The translations under genes and the position numbers were made by a program. From NCBI GenBank assembly GCA_963654225.1, contig CAVKAQ010000002.1, positions 18,361 through 82,360 on the forward strand: a stretch of 64,000 nucleotides of DNA, read 5' to 3'. The notes under the pieces are model-generated. The model searched no databases and was not told where the DNA came from. It saw nothing but the letters and a program-made list of their open reading frames with translations. Positions 47,177 to 56,285 of this stretch are shown here, in pieces. The stretch's first letter is position 1, and every line of letters starts with the position of its first letter. This DNA is from Butyricicoccaceae bacterium (GTDB lineage Bacteria > Bacteroidota > Bacteroidia > Bacteroidales > UBA932).

Positions 47177-47620
47177 ATGAAATGGGTATCAAGAATAGCA
47201 TTGAGTTTGGCGGCATTTATGATGTTGCTGGTTTCGGCTGTGCCGCATCACCATCATTGCAGCAACCTTGAAACTACCCATCATATAGACTATATCTGCT
47301 TCGCCGATGATGACTTTGAAACCTGCGATTTTGATGAAGAAGAGGCTCATTGTCACGAAGTTAACTCGAACTGTTCGCATAAACACGGTGAAAGTCCTTG
47401 CAGGCTGCATCTTGTAGTTACGTTGCTGACCCAGATTCAGTCGCTCCAGCATTTTCAGACATTCTCAATTATGCCTGCCTCAGCCTCCGATGTGGTAGCT
47501 CCGGCAGATTTGTCTGCATATTCTTCTGAATTTTTTGTCCCTCTCTCCGAGAGACTTCTTTCTTATTTTCTGGTCAAGTCAAAAGGACTTCGCGCCCCGC
47601 CTGCCGGCATCATCGGGTAA
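47177..47620 (+). CDS. His/Cys-rich secreted leader protein ending in LRAPP (DUF6769/DUF2946-like; candidate arrest peptide)
   Basis: Hydrophobic N-terminus, PHHHHC, many His/Cys residues and C-terminal GLRAPP. TAATTTTG at 47160-47167 lies just upstream. Confidence 0.8.
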   Translation: MKWVSRIALSLAAFMMLLVSAVPHHHHCSNLETTHHIDYICFADDDFETCDFDEEEAHCHEVNSNCSHKHGESPCRLHLVVTLLTQIQSLQHFQTFSIMPASASDVVAPADLSAYSSEFFVPLSERLLSYFLVKSKGLRAPPAGIIG

Positions 47621-47831
47621 CCGGGACAACAGTTCTGTCAACCCGTATTTGCGACACCGGCATCTGCACCGCGGCTCATAGCCGTATGAGGGAGTATTTC
47701 AATTTACGTGTTGCCTATAAGGTAATCGCCTGGTGTTCAATTCGACAGGGGAGTTGCAATCCCTGCCAAAGTCCAATTCATATACGGAATGCGGTTGTGT
47801 CGTCAACCGGATTTGATTAGAAATAAATACG

Positions 47832-48983
47832 ATGAAAAAAATATTATTCGCGCTTGCCGTTCTGGCATTGCTCTCAGGCTGTGCCAACGGAACAAAGAAC
47901 GGAAAAGCAACTGACCATCACGATAACGAAACGTCACACGAAGGGCACGTACACGCTCCGGGAATCATCGAATTCTCAAAGGAAAAAGCTGAAGCTGCAG
48001 GCTTGCAGACGGAAATTGTGTCTGAAGGGCAGTTTAATTCAGTCATTAAAGTAAGCGGAGAAATCCTCCCGGCCCAGGGAGATGAAGCCTCTGCAGTCGC
48101 GACTTCTTCCGGAGTCGTGACATTCGGCAAGAACAAAATACTTCCGGGAATCAAGGTTACAAAAGGTGCGGATCTGGCTTACGTATCTGCACGTGAAATG
48201 GCTGAAGGTGACCCTGTTGCAAAGACTAAAGCTGAATATGAGGCCGCGAAAAATCAGTTCGAACGCGCGGAGTCATTGCTGAAATCAAATGCTGTTTCCC
48301 AAAAAGCATACGAACAGGCTAAGAAAGATTACGAAGTGTCGAAAGCGCAGTATGACGCGTATTCGAACAAGTCCGGTGTCAACGGCGTTGCGATACAGTC
48401 TCCGTTATCCGGCTACATTAAGCAAGTCTTTGTGAATGAGGGAGATTATGTCGAAGCCGGGCAGTTGATAGCATCGGTCTCCCAAAACAGCAGACTGCAG
48501 CTGCAGGCTGATTTGCCGGAAAAATTCTGGTCAATCGCGGGGCAAATAACCGGAGCCAACTTCAGACCGTCGTATTCCGACAAGACATTCAGCGTGAAGG
48601 AACTGGGCGGACGAATAGTATCTGTCGGCAGGACTTCCTCCGCAGGGTCATTTTATCTGCCGGTGATTTTTGAGTTCGCCAACAGAGGAAATTTTGTGCC
48701 CGGAGCATTCTGCGATATATATATCCTTGAAAATGTGAGAGATGGCATAATCTCTCTGCCTGAATCGGCATTGACGGAAGAGCAGGGCGTCTATTATGTT
48801 TATCTGAAAGTCGGTGAAGATGACTACAAGAAACAGGAAGTGAAAATAGGCGCAAGCGACGGCATAAGAAGGGAAATTCTCAAAGGCGTTGCCGTTGGCG
48901 ATGAAGTGGTGACCGAAGGCGCATATCAGGTCAAACTCGCATCCGTTACAGGAGCGATACCGGGACATACACACAACCATTAG
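47832..48983 (+). CDS. Heavy-metal RND efflux periplasmic adaptor (CzcB/CusB-like)
   Basis: Lipobox LLSGC, His-rich termini, and lipoyl-like SPLSGYI...GDYVEAGQ. Confidence 0.92.
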   Translation: MKKILFALAVLALLSGCANGTKNGKATDHHDNETSHEGHVHAPGIIEFSKEKAEAAGLQTEIVSEGQFNSVIKVSGEILPAQGDEASAVATSSGVVTFGKNKILPGIKVTKGADLAYVSAREMAEGDPVAKTKAEYEAAKNQFERAESLLKSNAVSQKAYEQAKKDYEVSKAQYDAYSNKSGVNGVAIQSPLSGYIKQVFVNEGDYVEAGQLIASVSQNSRLQLQADLPEKFWSIAGQITGANFRPSYSDKTFSVKELGGRIVSVGRTSSAGSFYLPVIFEFANRGNFVPGAFCDIYILENVRDGIISLPESALTEEQGVYYVYLKVGEDDYKKQEVKIGASDGIRREILKGVAVGDEVVTEGAYQVKLASVTGAIPGHTHNH

Positions 48984-48996
48984 AATATAAACAGCT

Positions 48997-51900
48997 ATGC
49001 TTGACAAGATTATAAGATTCTCATTGCAGAACAGGCTGTTTATATTGATTGCGGCGGTTCTGCTTATGGTCGGAGGCATATATACCACAGCCAATATGGA
49101 CGTGGATGTCTTTCCGGACTTGAACGCACCTACTGTCGTGGTGATGACGGAGGCTACCGGTATGGCTCCGGAAGAGGTTGAACGTCTGGTCACTTTTCCT
49201 GTAGAAACTGCCGTGAACGGTGCTTCAAATGTTAGGCGTGTGCGTTCTTCTTCCACAACAGGATTCTCGGTCGTGTGGGTTGAATTCGATTGGGGTACAG
49301 ATATTTACAGGGACAGGCAGATAGTTTCGGAAAAGCTCGCTGAAGTGGGCGAGTCCTTGCCGCCGGCTTGCGGAAAACCGACATTGGGACCTCAATCTTC
49401 AATTCTCGGCGAAGTTCTCATCATCGGACTTACATCTGATTCGACATCTATGCAGGACCTGCGTACACTTGCTGACTGGACTATCCGTCCGAGACTTCTG
49501 TCGTTGGGCGGAGTGGCTCAGGTGACAGTGCTCGGTGGCGATATAAAAGAGTATCAGATACTTCTGTCCCCTGAAAAAATGCGCCACTACGGTGTTTCGC
49601 TTCAGGAAGTGATGTCGGCTGCCGAAGATATGAATCGCAATTCATCCGGTGGCGTTCTATATGAATATGGAAATGAATATATTATAAGAGGTCTGCTCTC
49701 TACCGACAAGCTTGAGGATTTGGGACGTGCGGTAGTTAAGTTGGCGGGAGATGTTCCTGTGACTTTGGACAATATCGCTGAAATCAAGGTCGGCCCGAAA
49801 ACACCTAAGCTCGGAGTCGCGTCGCACGAAGGTAAATCGTCAGTGCTTCTGACAGTTACGAAGCAGCCGGAGGCGAGTACGATAGAATTGACGAAGAAAC
49901 TTGACAATGCGGTCGAAGTGCTTAAACCTCAGCTTCCCTCCGATGTAAAGGTATCGACGGACATATTCCGTCAGCAGAAATTCATTGACAGCTCAATCGA
50001 CAATATCAAGAAATCTCTGTATGAAGGAGCCCTGTTCGTTGTCATAGTGCTGTTCTTCTTTCTGATGAACGTGCGCACCACTGTCATATCTTTGGTCACG
50101 ATTCCGCTTTCGCTTCTCGTGTCTGTCCTTACACTCAAGTTTCTCGGATTGACTATCAATACGATGAGTATAGGAGGTATGGCAATTGCCATCGGTTCGC
50201 TTGTCGACGATGCCATCGTGGACGTCGAGAATGTGTTCAAGCATCTGAGACAGAACCGTAAACTTCCTGAGTCAGAAAGACTTCCGGTTCTTAAGGTGGT
50301 GTTCAATGCCTCAAGGGAAGTACGTCTTCCGATACTCAATTCGACATTCATCATAATTGTCAGTTTCATACCGCTGTTCTTTCTTACCGGAATGGAGGGG
50401 AGGATGCTAAGACCCCTTGGAATAGCATTTATAACAGCATTGTTTGCATCTACACTTGTGGCTTTGACCTTGACGCCGGTGCTTTGCAGCTTCCTGCTGG
50501 GCTCGGACAAGAGCGACAGGCAGGGCAAAGACCCAGCATTGGTCAGGTGGCTGCAAAAATGGTATAAGGTGGCTCTGGAGTGGGTGCTGAAACACAAGAA
50601 AATAACTCTCGGCAGTGTCCTGGCGCTGTTCGCAGTGGCATTGGGCATATTCTTCAGTTTGGGAAGCAGCTTTTTGCCGGCATTTAACGAAGGCTCGTTC
50701 ACAATCAACGTGAGCACGCTTCCGGGTGTTTCGCTCGAGGAATCCGACAATATCGGACGCAGGGCTGAGGAACTTCTGCTTACCGTGCCGGAGATCAAGA
50801 CTGTAGCACGCAAAACAGGGCGCGCGGAACTTGATGAGCACGCTCTGGGTGTGAATGTGTCGGAGATTGAAGCCCCTTTTGAGTTGAAGAACAGGTCTAA
50901 AAGCGAGGTCGTTGAGGAAATCCGTCACAAACTCGGTATGCTGCCGGGGACGAATGTCGAAATCGGTCAGCCTATATCGCACCGTATTGACGCGATGCTT
51001 TCGGGAACCCGCGCCAACATCGCCATAAAATTGTTCGGAACGGATTTGAACAAGATGTTCGAGCTCGGAAACAAGATAAAATCAGAGATTTCCACAATAC
51101 CCGGAGTTGTGGACCTGAATGTGGAGCAGCAGGTCGAACGTCCTCAGCTTCAGATCGTTCCAAAACGCGATATGTTGGCGAAATATGGAATTTCTCCTTC
51201 TGAATTTTCAGAAATCATCGAAGTCTGTCTTGAGGGAAAGGTCGTGTCGCAGGTGTATGAAGGCAACAAAGTCTTTGACCTTACAGTCAAAGCAGACGAC
51301 AACAGCAGAGCCACCATTGATGACATCCGCAACATATCAGTAGATGCCGCAGTAGGGAAGATTCCGCTTGGGCAGATAGCGGAAGTGCGCTCTGCATCGG
51401 GCCCGAACACAATCAACAGAGAGAATGTCGCCCGCAAGATTGTCATTTCGGCGAATGTGTCAGACGGTGATTTGCAGGGCGCCGTGAACCGGATACGCAA
51501 GAAGATAAATGAAAATGTGCAGTTGCCGGAAGGCTACCACGTGGAATACGGTGGCCAGTTCGAGAGCGCGCAGTCGGCTACGAGGACATTGATGCTCACG
51601 TCATTGATGGCGATAATAGTGATATTCTTGCTGCTCTATGGGCAGTTCAAAGATATCCGTCAGGCATCTGCCGTGCTGCTGAACCTTCCTCTGGCGCTGA
51701 TCGGAGGTGTCTTCGCGATTTTCTTTGCTGACAAAATCATAAGCATTCCTGCCATTATCGGATTCATTTCACTGTTCGGAGTGGCGACAAGAAACGGTAT
51801 GTTGTTGATAGACAGATATAATGAACTCCGTAAAGAAGGCCTTTCGGTACAGGATGCCATTATGCGCGGCTCGCTCGACCGTCTGAATCCTATCCTGATG

Positions 51901-52113
51901 ACTGCTCTTACCTCGGCCCTGGCGCTGATTCCTTTGGCGCTGGGCGGTGAGTTGCCGGGCAACGAAATCCAGAGTCCTATGGCTAAGGTGCTTCTGGGAG
52001 GACTTCTCACCTCGACAATGCTCAACGGTTTCATCATACCGGTGGTATATATGCTGATTTCCGGGAAAGAAAAATCCGGTGGAGGTCCGAACACAGGCCT
52101 GAACGAAATCTGA
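48997..52113 (+). CDS. Heavy-metal RND efflux permease (CzcA/CusA family)
   Basis: DVFPDLN, APEEVERLVTFPVE, GSLVDDAIVDVEN and RLNPILMTA. Confidence 0.95.
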   Translation: MLDKIIRFSLQNRLFILIAAVLLMVGGIYTTANMDVDVFPDLNAPTVVVMTEATGMAPEEVERLVTFPVETAVNGASNVRRVRSSSTTGFSVVWVEFDWGTDIYRDRQIVSEKLAEVGESLPPACGKPTLGPQSSILGEVLIIGLTSDSTSMQDLRTLADWTIRPRLLSLGGVAQVTVLGGDIKEYQILLSPEKMRHYGVSLQEVMSAAEDMNRNSSGGVLYEYGNEYIIRGLLSTDKLEDLGRAVVKLAGDVPVTLDNIAEIKVGPKTPKLGVASHEGKSSVLLTVTKQPEASTIELTKKLDNAVEVLKPQLPSDVKVSTDIFRQQKFIDSSIDNIKKSLYEGALFVVIVLFFFLMNVRTTVISLVTIPLSLLVSVLTLKFLGLTINTMSIGGMAIAIGSLVDDAIVDVENVFKHLRQNRKLPESERLPVLKVVFNASREVRLPILNSTFIIIVSFIPLFFLTGMEGRMLRPLGIAFITALFASTLVALTLTPVLCSFLLGSDKSDRQGKDPALVRWLQKWYKVALEWVLKHKKITLGSVLALFAVALGIFFSLGSSFLPAFNEGSFTINVSTLPGVSLEESDNIGRRAEELLLTVPEIKTVARKTGRAELDEHALGVNVSEIEAPFELKNRSKSEVVEEIRHKLGMLPGTNVEIGQPISHRIDAMLSGTRANIAIKLFGTDLNKMFELGNKIKSEISTIPGVVDLNVEQQVERPQLQIVPKRDMLAKYGISPSEFSEIIEVCLEGKVVSQVYEGNKVFDLTVKADDNSRATIDDIRNISVDAAVGKIPLGQIAEVRSASGPNTINRENVARKIVISANVSDGDLQGAVNRIRKKINENVQLPEGYHVEYGGQFESAQSATRTLMLTSLMAIIVIFLLLYGQFKDIRQASAVLLNLPLALIGGVFAIFFADKIISIPAIIGFISLFGVATRNGMLLIDRYNELRKEGLSVQDAIMRGSLDRLNPILMTALTSALALIPLALGGELPGNEIQSPMAKVLLGGLLTSTMLNGFIIPVVYMLISGKEKSGGGPNTGLNEI

Positions 52114-52158
52114 TGCGGGTATATATCTGATATGTAAACACTTATAAGATTGTATAAA

Positions 52159-53376
52159 ATGAATAAATATAATTATGGCGCTGTGCGGTTGCCGCTCATT
52201 TTCTGCGCATTATTCTGCACTTTTTTGTGGCCTGAGCAGTCGTATGCTCAGAACGGAGTTGATGACATTCTTGCTGGTATAGAAAAGAATAATGTCGAGC
52301 TTCAGGCATTGCGTAAGCGTACGGATTCAGAGCAGGCCGGATTCAAGTCGGAGCGCGCACTGGATGCTCCGGAGGTCGGCTTTGATTATCTCTGGGGCAG
52401 TCCCGCCGATATTGGCAACAGAAAGGATATATCTGTGACTCAGAGTTTTGACGTTGCCGCGCTTTCCGGTGTCAGAGGTAAATTGGCATCGTCCAGAACC
52501 GACCTTTCGGAATGGCAATATAAGATTGAGAGACAGCGGATTATGCTTGAAGCCAAGAAACTGTGCATAAAGGTCGTATATTGCAATGCCGTGGCAAAGG
52601 AACTGTCTGAGAGGATGGCGCTTGCGGAGACGATGATGCAGGCCGGCAGCGAGATGGTAAAGAGAGGCGAGGCAGACCCGTCAGAATCAAACAAGGCAAA
52701 GATGGCATACATTTCACAGAAAAGTGCCTGTGCGCGCAATGATGTGGAACTCAAGTCGTTGCTCACGGAGCTCAAAAGGATGAACGGAGGAATCCCTGTG
52801 GAAATAAATGACACGGAATATGCTCCGACGGAGACTTTGCCTGCGGATTTCAGTGCTTGGTATGCTGAAATGTCATCGGCGAGTCCGGAACTTTCGTATA
52901 TGCGCAAAAATGTAGAGGTCAATGCGAATGCGGCCAAAACCGTGAAAATGTCCAATTATCCTAAACTGACAGCCGGATATATGGCTGAACTGGTGAAAGG
53001 CAGTAATTTCCGAGGTCTTACGCTGGGCGTGTCAATTCCGCTTTGGTCTGTCCGCAGCAGGACTCAACAGGCGAATTTGTCATACGAGGCGGCGACGTTG
53101 GAAGAAAAGAGCGCCTCGGAGCAGCTGTATTCTGATTATTCCAAGTTGTATGATGAATCTGCCGGACTTGGGCGGATGTGCGATGATTTGTCAGTTTCTC
53201 TGTCGGAGTCTGAAAAGTCGCTTTCTGTGACCGAGAGCAAATTCTTGGCAGGCGAAATATCTATGCTGGACAACATTATGGAGCATACGCTGTACTATTC
53301 TGTCGTTGACGAATATCTTGCCGCTCAAAGAGATTTTCATCTCGCCCTGGCGGAATTGTTTGTCTGGAAATTGTAA
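52159..53376 (+). CDS. TolC family outer-membrane efflux protein
   Basis: Signal peptide, helical OEP repeats, GVSIPLW and GEIS; third gene of the RND operon. Confidence 0.9.
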   Translation: MNKYNYGAVRLPLIFCALFCTFLWPEQSYAQNGVDDILAGIEKNNVELQALRKRTDSEQAGFKSERALDAPEVGFDYLWGSPADIGNRKDISVTQSFDVAALSGVRGKLASSRTDLSEWQYKIERQRIMLEAKKLCIKVVYCNAVAKELSERMALAETMMQAGSEMVKRGEADPSESNKAKMAYISQKSACARNDVELKSLLTELKRMNGGIPVEINDTEYAPTETLPADFSAWYAEMSSASPELSYMRKNVEVNANAAKTVKMSNYPKLTAGYMAELVKGSNFRGLTLGVSIPLWSVRSRTQQANLSYEAATLEEKSASEQLYSDYSKLYDESAGLGRMCDDLSVSLSESEKSLSVTESKFLAGEISMLDNIMEHTLYYSVVDEYLAAQRDFHLALAELFVWKL

Positions 53377-53411
53377 AAACGCTAACTTTATTGAACTTGA
53401 TTAATAATCTT

Positions 53412-55631
53412 ATGAGAACCAACCTGCTTGTTGTTTTTGCCGCTGTCCTTTATGCAGTGGCCTGTACAGCTCAAAAAGATGCCGATGAGGCTAGAGTTGA
53501 AAAATTGATGTCCAAGATGACATTGACGGAGAAAATCGGCCAAATGAGTCAGTTAGTTCCGGGAAAGGGAGTAGTGACCGGGCCTGGCGGAATCGAGACG
53601 GATATCGAGCAGGCGATCAAGGACGGCAATTGCGGTTCTATGCTGAACGCAAAGTCTCCCGAAGATATAATCAGGTATCAGAAATTGGCGGTTGACAGTT
53701 CCAGACTGGGAATTCCTATCTTGTTCGGTCATGACATTATACACGGAGCGAGAATAACATTTCCTGAGAATATCGGAATTTCCTGCTCCTGGGATCCGCA
53801 GATGGCGGAAAAAGTTGCAAGAGTTTCTGCAGAGGAGGCTTCCGCTTATGGAATAGCGTGGACGTTCTCGCCTATGTGTGATGTTGCGATTGACCCGCGA
53901 TGGGGCAGGGTATCCGAGGGGTCAGGAGAGGATGCTTATCTATCAGGTCAACTTTCTGCGGCTATGGTACGTGGCTATCAGGGAAATGACCTCTCTGAAG
54001 GCAATACCATACTTGCCTGCGTCAAGCATTTTGCTGCGTACGGGGCGGCTGAGGCCGGACGTGACTACAATACTGTGGATATGTCCGAGATGATGTTCCG
54101 CGACCGCCATCTGCCGTCATATAAGGCGGCCATTGATGCCGGAGCGCTCAGCGTAATGTCCTCTTTCAATGATTTTATGGGGATTCCTGCCAGCGGGAAC
54201 AAGTGGCTGCTTACTGATCTGTTGAGGGATGAGATGAAGTTCAATGGCTTTGTGGTTTCCGACTATAGTGCTGTCAGAGAGATGGTTAACCACGGAGTTG
54301 GGGACAAGAAGGATGTGGCCGGACTTGCCTTGAATGCCGGATTAAATATGGAAATGGTCTCCAGATATTACTCAAGGTATGCAGAGGAGCTTGTTGAAGA
54401 GGGCAAGGTCAGCGAGAAACAGATAGACAGGCTTTGCAAGGAAATCCTGATGGTGAAATGCAAACTGGGACTGTTTGACGATCCGTTCCGCTACGGTGGT
54501 GAAGGACGTTGGGAGAAAGAAACGTATCTTCCTGAGAATATGGAGATTGCCCGTGAGGTTGCAAGAAGTTCGATGGTGCTTCTGAAAAATGAAGACGAGA
54601 TTCTGCCTCTCAAGGGATGTGAAAGGATAGCCATAATAGGTCCGGCTGCGGATTCAAAGAGCGAGATGGTGGGTGCATGGCAAGGTTTTGCGGAGTACGG
54701 CAAGCCTGTAAGTTTCTACGAGGGACTGAAAAGCCGTTTCCCTGATGCTGTAATCAGATGCGAGAAAGGAAGCGGATTCCTTGACCCTGTTGAAGGCGGC
54801 ATTTCCAAGGCGGTGTCAGCGGCACGCAATTCCGATGTGGTACTTCTTGCACTCGGACTCCCGAACAAATGCAGCGGAGAAGCTACGTCATTGACGAATC
54901 TTGATATTCCTGCTCCTCAAAAGGCTTTGTTCGAGGCGGTTAAGGCCACAGGCAAGCCGATTGTAATGTTGCTTGTGACCGGCCGCCCGATGACGATAGC
55001 AGAAGAAGTCGCAGCTTCTGACGCGGTTCTTGTCACCTGGCATCCAGGCACTACGGCAGGCACGGCTCTCGCGGATGTTCTGTCGGGTGACTACAATCCG
55101 TCAGGAAGACTTACGATGACTTTCCCGCTTGAACTGGGTCAGGTTCCTATCCATTATAATGCTAAGGTGACAGGACGTCCGAGGGTTTCTCCTGAGAATA
55201 ACGCAAAATATACTTCAAGGTATATGTTTACTCCGAACGAACCGCTTTTCGCTTTCGGCGAGGGCCTCAGCTACACCACATTCGATTATTCTGATCTTGA
55301 GGTGCTGACTCCTGAGGTGAAACTTGGTGAAACTGCAAAAGTCAGGGTTAAAGTTGCCAACACTGGAAGTCGTGACGGAGAGGAAGTCATACAGTTGTAT
55401 GTTCAGGACCTGATAGGCAGTACCACACGACCTTGCAGAGAGCTTAAGGGATTCAAGAAAGTATTTCTGAAAGCAGGTGAGAGCCAGGTGGTTGAGTTTG
55501 AAATCACTTCGGAAAGCCGTGCGTTCTCGCGTGCCGACAAGACTTGGGGCGAGGAACCTGGCGATTTCAAAGTATATGTCGGTCACAGCTCCAAGGCGGA
55601 TCTCAGTGCGGACTTTACTGTCGTAAAATAA
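53412..55631 (+). CDS. bglX: GH3 beta-glucosidase (BglX-like), lipoprotein
   Basis: SRLGIP, DPRWGRVSEG, KHFAAY, nucleophile VVSDY, SGEA and Fn3-like C-terminus. Confidence 0.9.
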   Translation: MRTNLLVVFAAVLYAVACTAQKDADEARVEKLMSKMTLTEKIGQMSQLVPGKGVVTGPGGIETDIEQAIKDGNCGSMLNAKSPEDIIRYQKLAVDSSRLGIPILFGHDIIHGARITFPENIGISCSWDPQMAEKVARVSAEEASAYGIAWTFSPMCDVAIDPRWGRVSEGSGEDAYLSGQLSAAMVRGYQGNDLSEGNTILACVKHFAAYGAAEAGRDYNTVDMSEMMFRDRHLPSYKAAIDAGALSVMSSFNDFMGIPASGNKWLLTDLLRDEMKFNGFVVSDYSAVREMVNHGVGDKKDVAGLALNAGLNMEMVSRYYSRYAEELVEEGKVSEKQIDRLCKEILMVKCKLGLFDDPFRYGGEGRWEKETYLPENMEIAREVARSSMVLLKNEDEILPLKGCERIAIIGPAADSKSEMVGAWQGFAEYGKPVSFYEGLKSRFPDAVIRCEKGSGFLDPVEGGISKAVSAARNSDVVLLALGLPNKCSGEATSLTNLDIPAPQKALFEAVKATGKPIVMLLVTGRPMTIAEEVAASDAVLVTWHPGTTAGTALADVLSGDYNPSGRLTMTFPLELGQVPIHYNAKVTGRPRVSPENNAKYTSRYMFTPNEPLFAFGEGLSYTTFDYSDLEVLTPEVKLGETAKVRVKVANTGSRDGEEVIQLYVQDLIGSTTRPCRELKGFKKVFLKAGESQVVEFEITSESRAFSRADKTWGEEPGDFKVYVGHSSKADLSADFTVVK

Positions 55632-55830
55632 CGCAGTGGCGGAGGAGGCTTACAGCATTGTCCGTTTGTTGCCTCCTCCGAGACGCGTGCACACTCTCTG
55701 TCTCGTTAGAAATCAATAAGTGACAGCGCCCGGAGCGAATTCTTCCTGAGTTTTTGATCGGAGGGCGCTGCCGATTATTGTAATTATGCGGGGCATTTCG
55801 CAGAAAATTGAGCAGATTGTGGACAAAAAG

Positions 55831-55861
55831 TTTGCATAACAAGAAAAGTGTTGTAAATTTG
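55831..55861 (+). promoter_or_regulatory. Consensus Bacteroidetes promoter for the tRNA pair
   Basis: TTTG (55831-55834), 19-nt spacer, TAAATTTG (55854-55861). Confidence 0.8.
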
Positions 55862-55897
55862 CAGTCCCGTTGTTCAAGAAAGGGCAGACGGATACAT

Positions 55898-55968
55898 TGA
55901 GATATGGTGTAATGGTAGCACTACAGATTCTGGCTCTGTCAGTGAGGGTTCGAATCCTTCTATCTCAA
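55898..55968 (+). tRNA. tRNA-Gln (anticodon CTG)
   Basis: Acceptor stem TGAGATA/TATCTCA, anticodon arm ACAGA-TTCTGGC-TCTGT and T-loop GGTTCGAATCC. CCA is not encoded. Confidence 0.95.
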
Positions 55969-55994
55969 CTAAATCTGGCTCGCAAGCCAGTCCT

Positions 55995-56068
55995 GGCGGG
56001 TTAGCTCAGCTGGTTAGAGCGCATGATTCATAATCATGAGGTCCGCAGTTCAATCCTGCGACCCGCTA
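55995..56068 (+). tRNA. tRNA-Met (anticodon CAT, probably elongator)
   Basis: Acceptor stem GGCGGGT/ACCCGCT, D-arm TAGCTCAGCTGGTTAGAGC and anticodon arm CATGA-TTCATAA-TCATG. Lacks the initiator GGG/CCC anticodon stem. Confidence 0.92.
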
Positions 56069-56076
56069 CAAAATTT

Positions 56077-56110
56077 AAAAGTCGACTGATTTTTTCAGCC
56101 GACTTTTTTT
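56077..56110 (+). terminator. Intrinsic terminator after the tRNAs
   Basis: AAAAGTCGACTGA...TCAGCCGAC followed by a T tract. Confidence 0.8.
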
Positions 56111-56285
56111 GTTATGCTTACTCATTTTTATTCTGTAAGCGTCTTGATTTCAAATCAAAAGCATTAACTTTGTGGCTGTTGATCAATTCTATAGGAGACA
56201 GGAACAAAGATCAGGCGCAGAGACCCAGGATCAGACCCGTAAGTCATAGGAACACAAAACTATAGTCAAAATAAAAATCATTGTG

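Noticed and set aside
47621..47831. NiCo (czcD) riboswitch
   Set aside because: Conserved four-way-junction nucleotides were not recognised.
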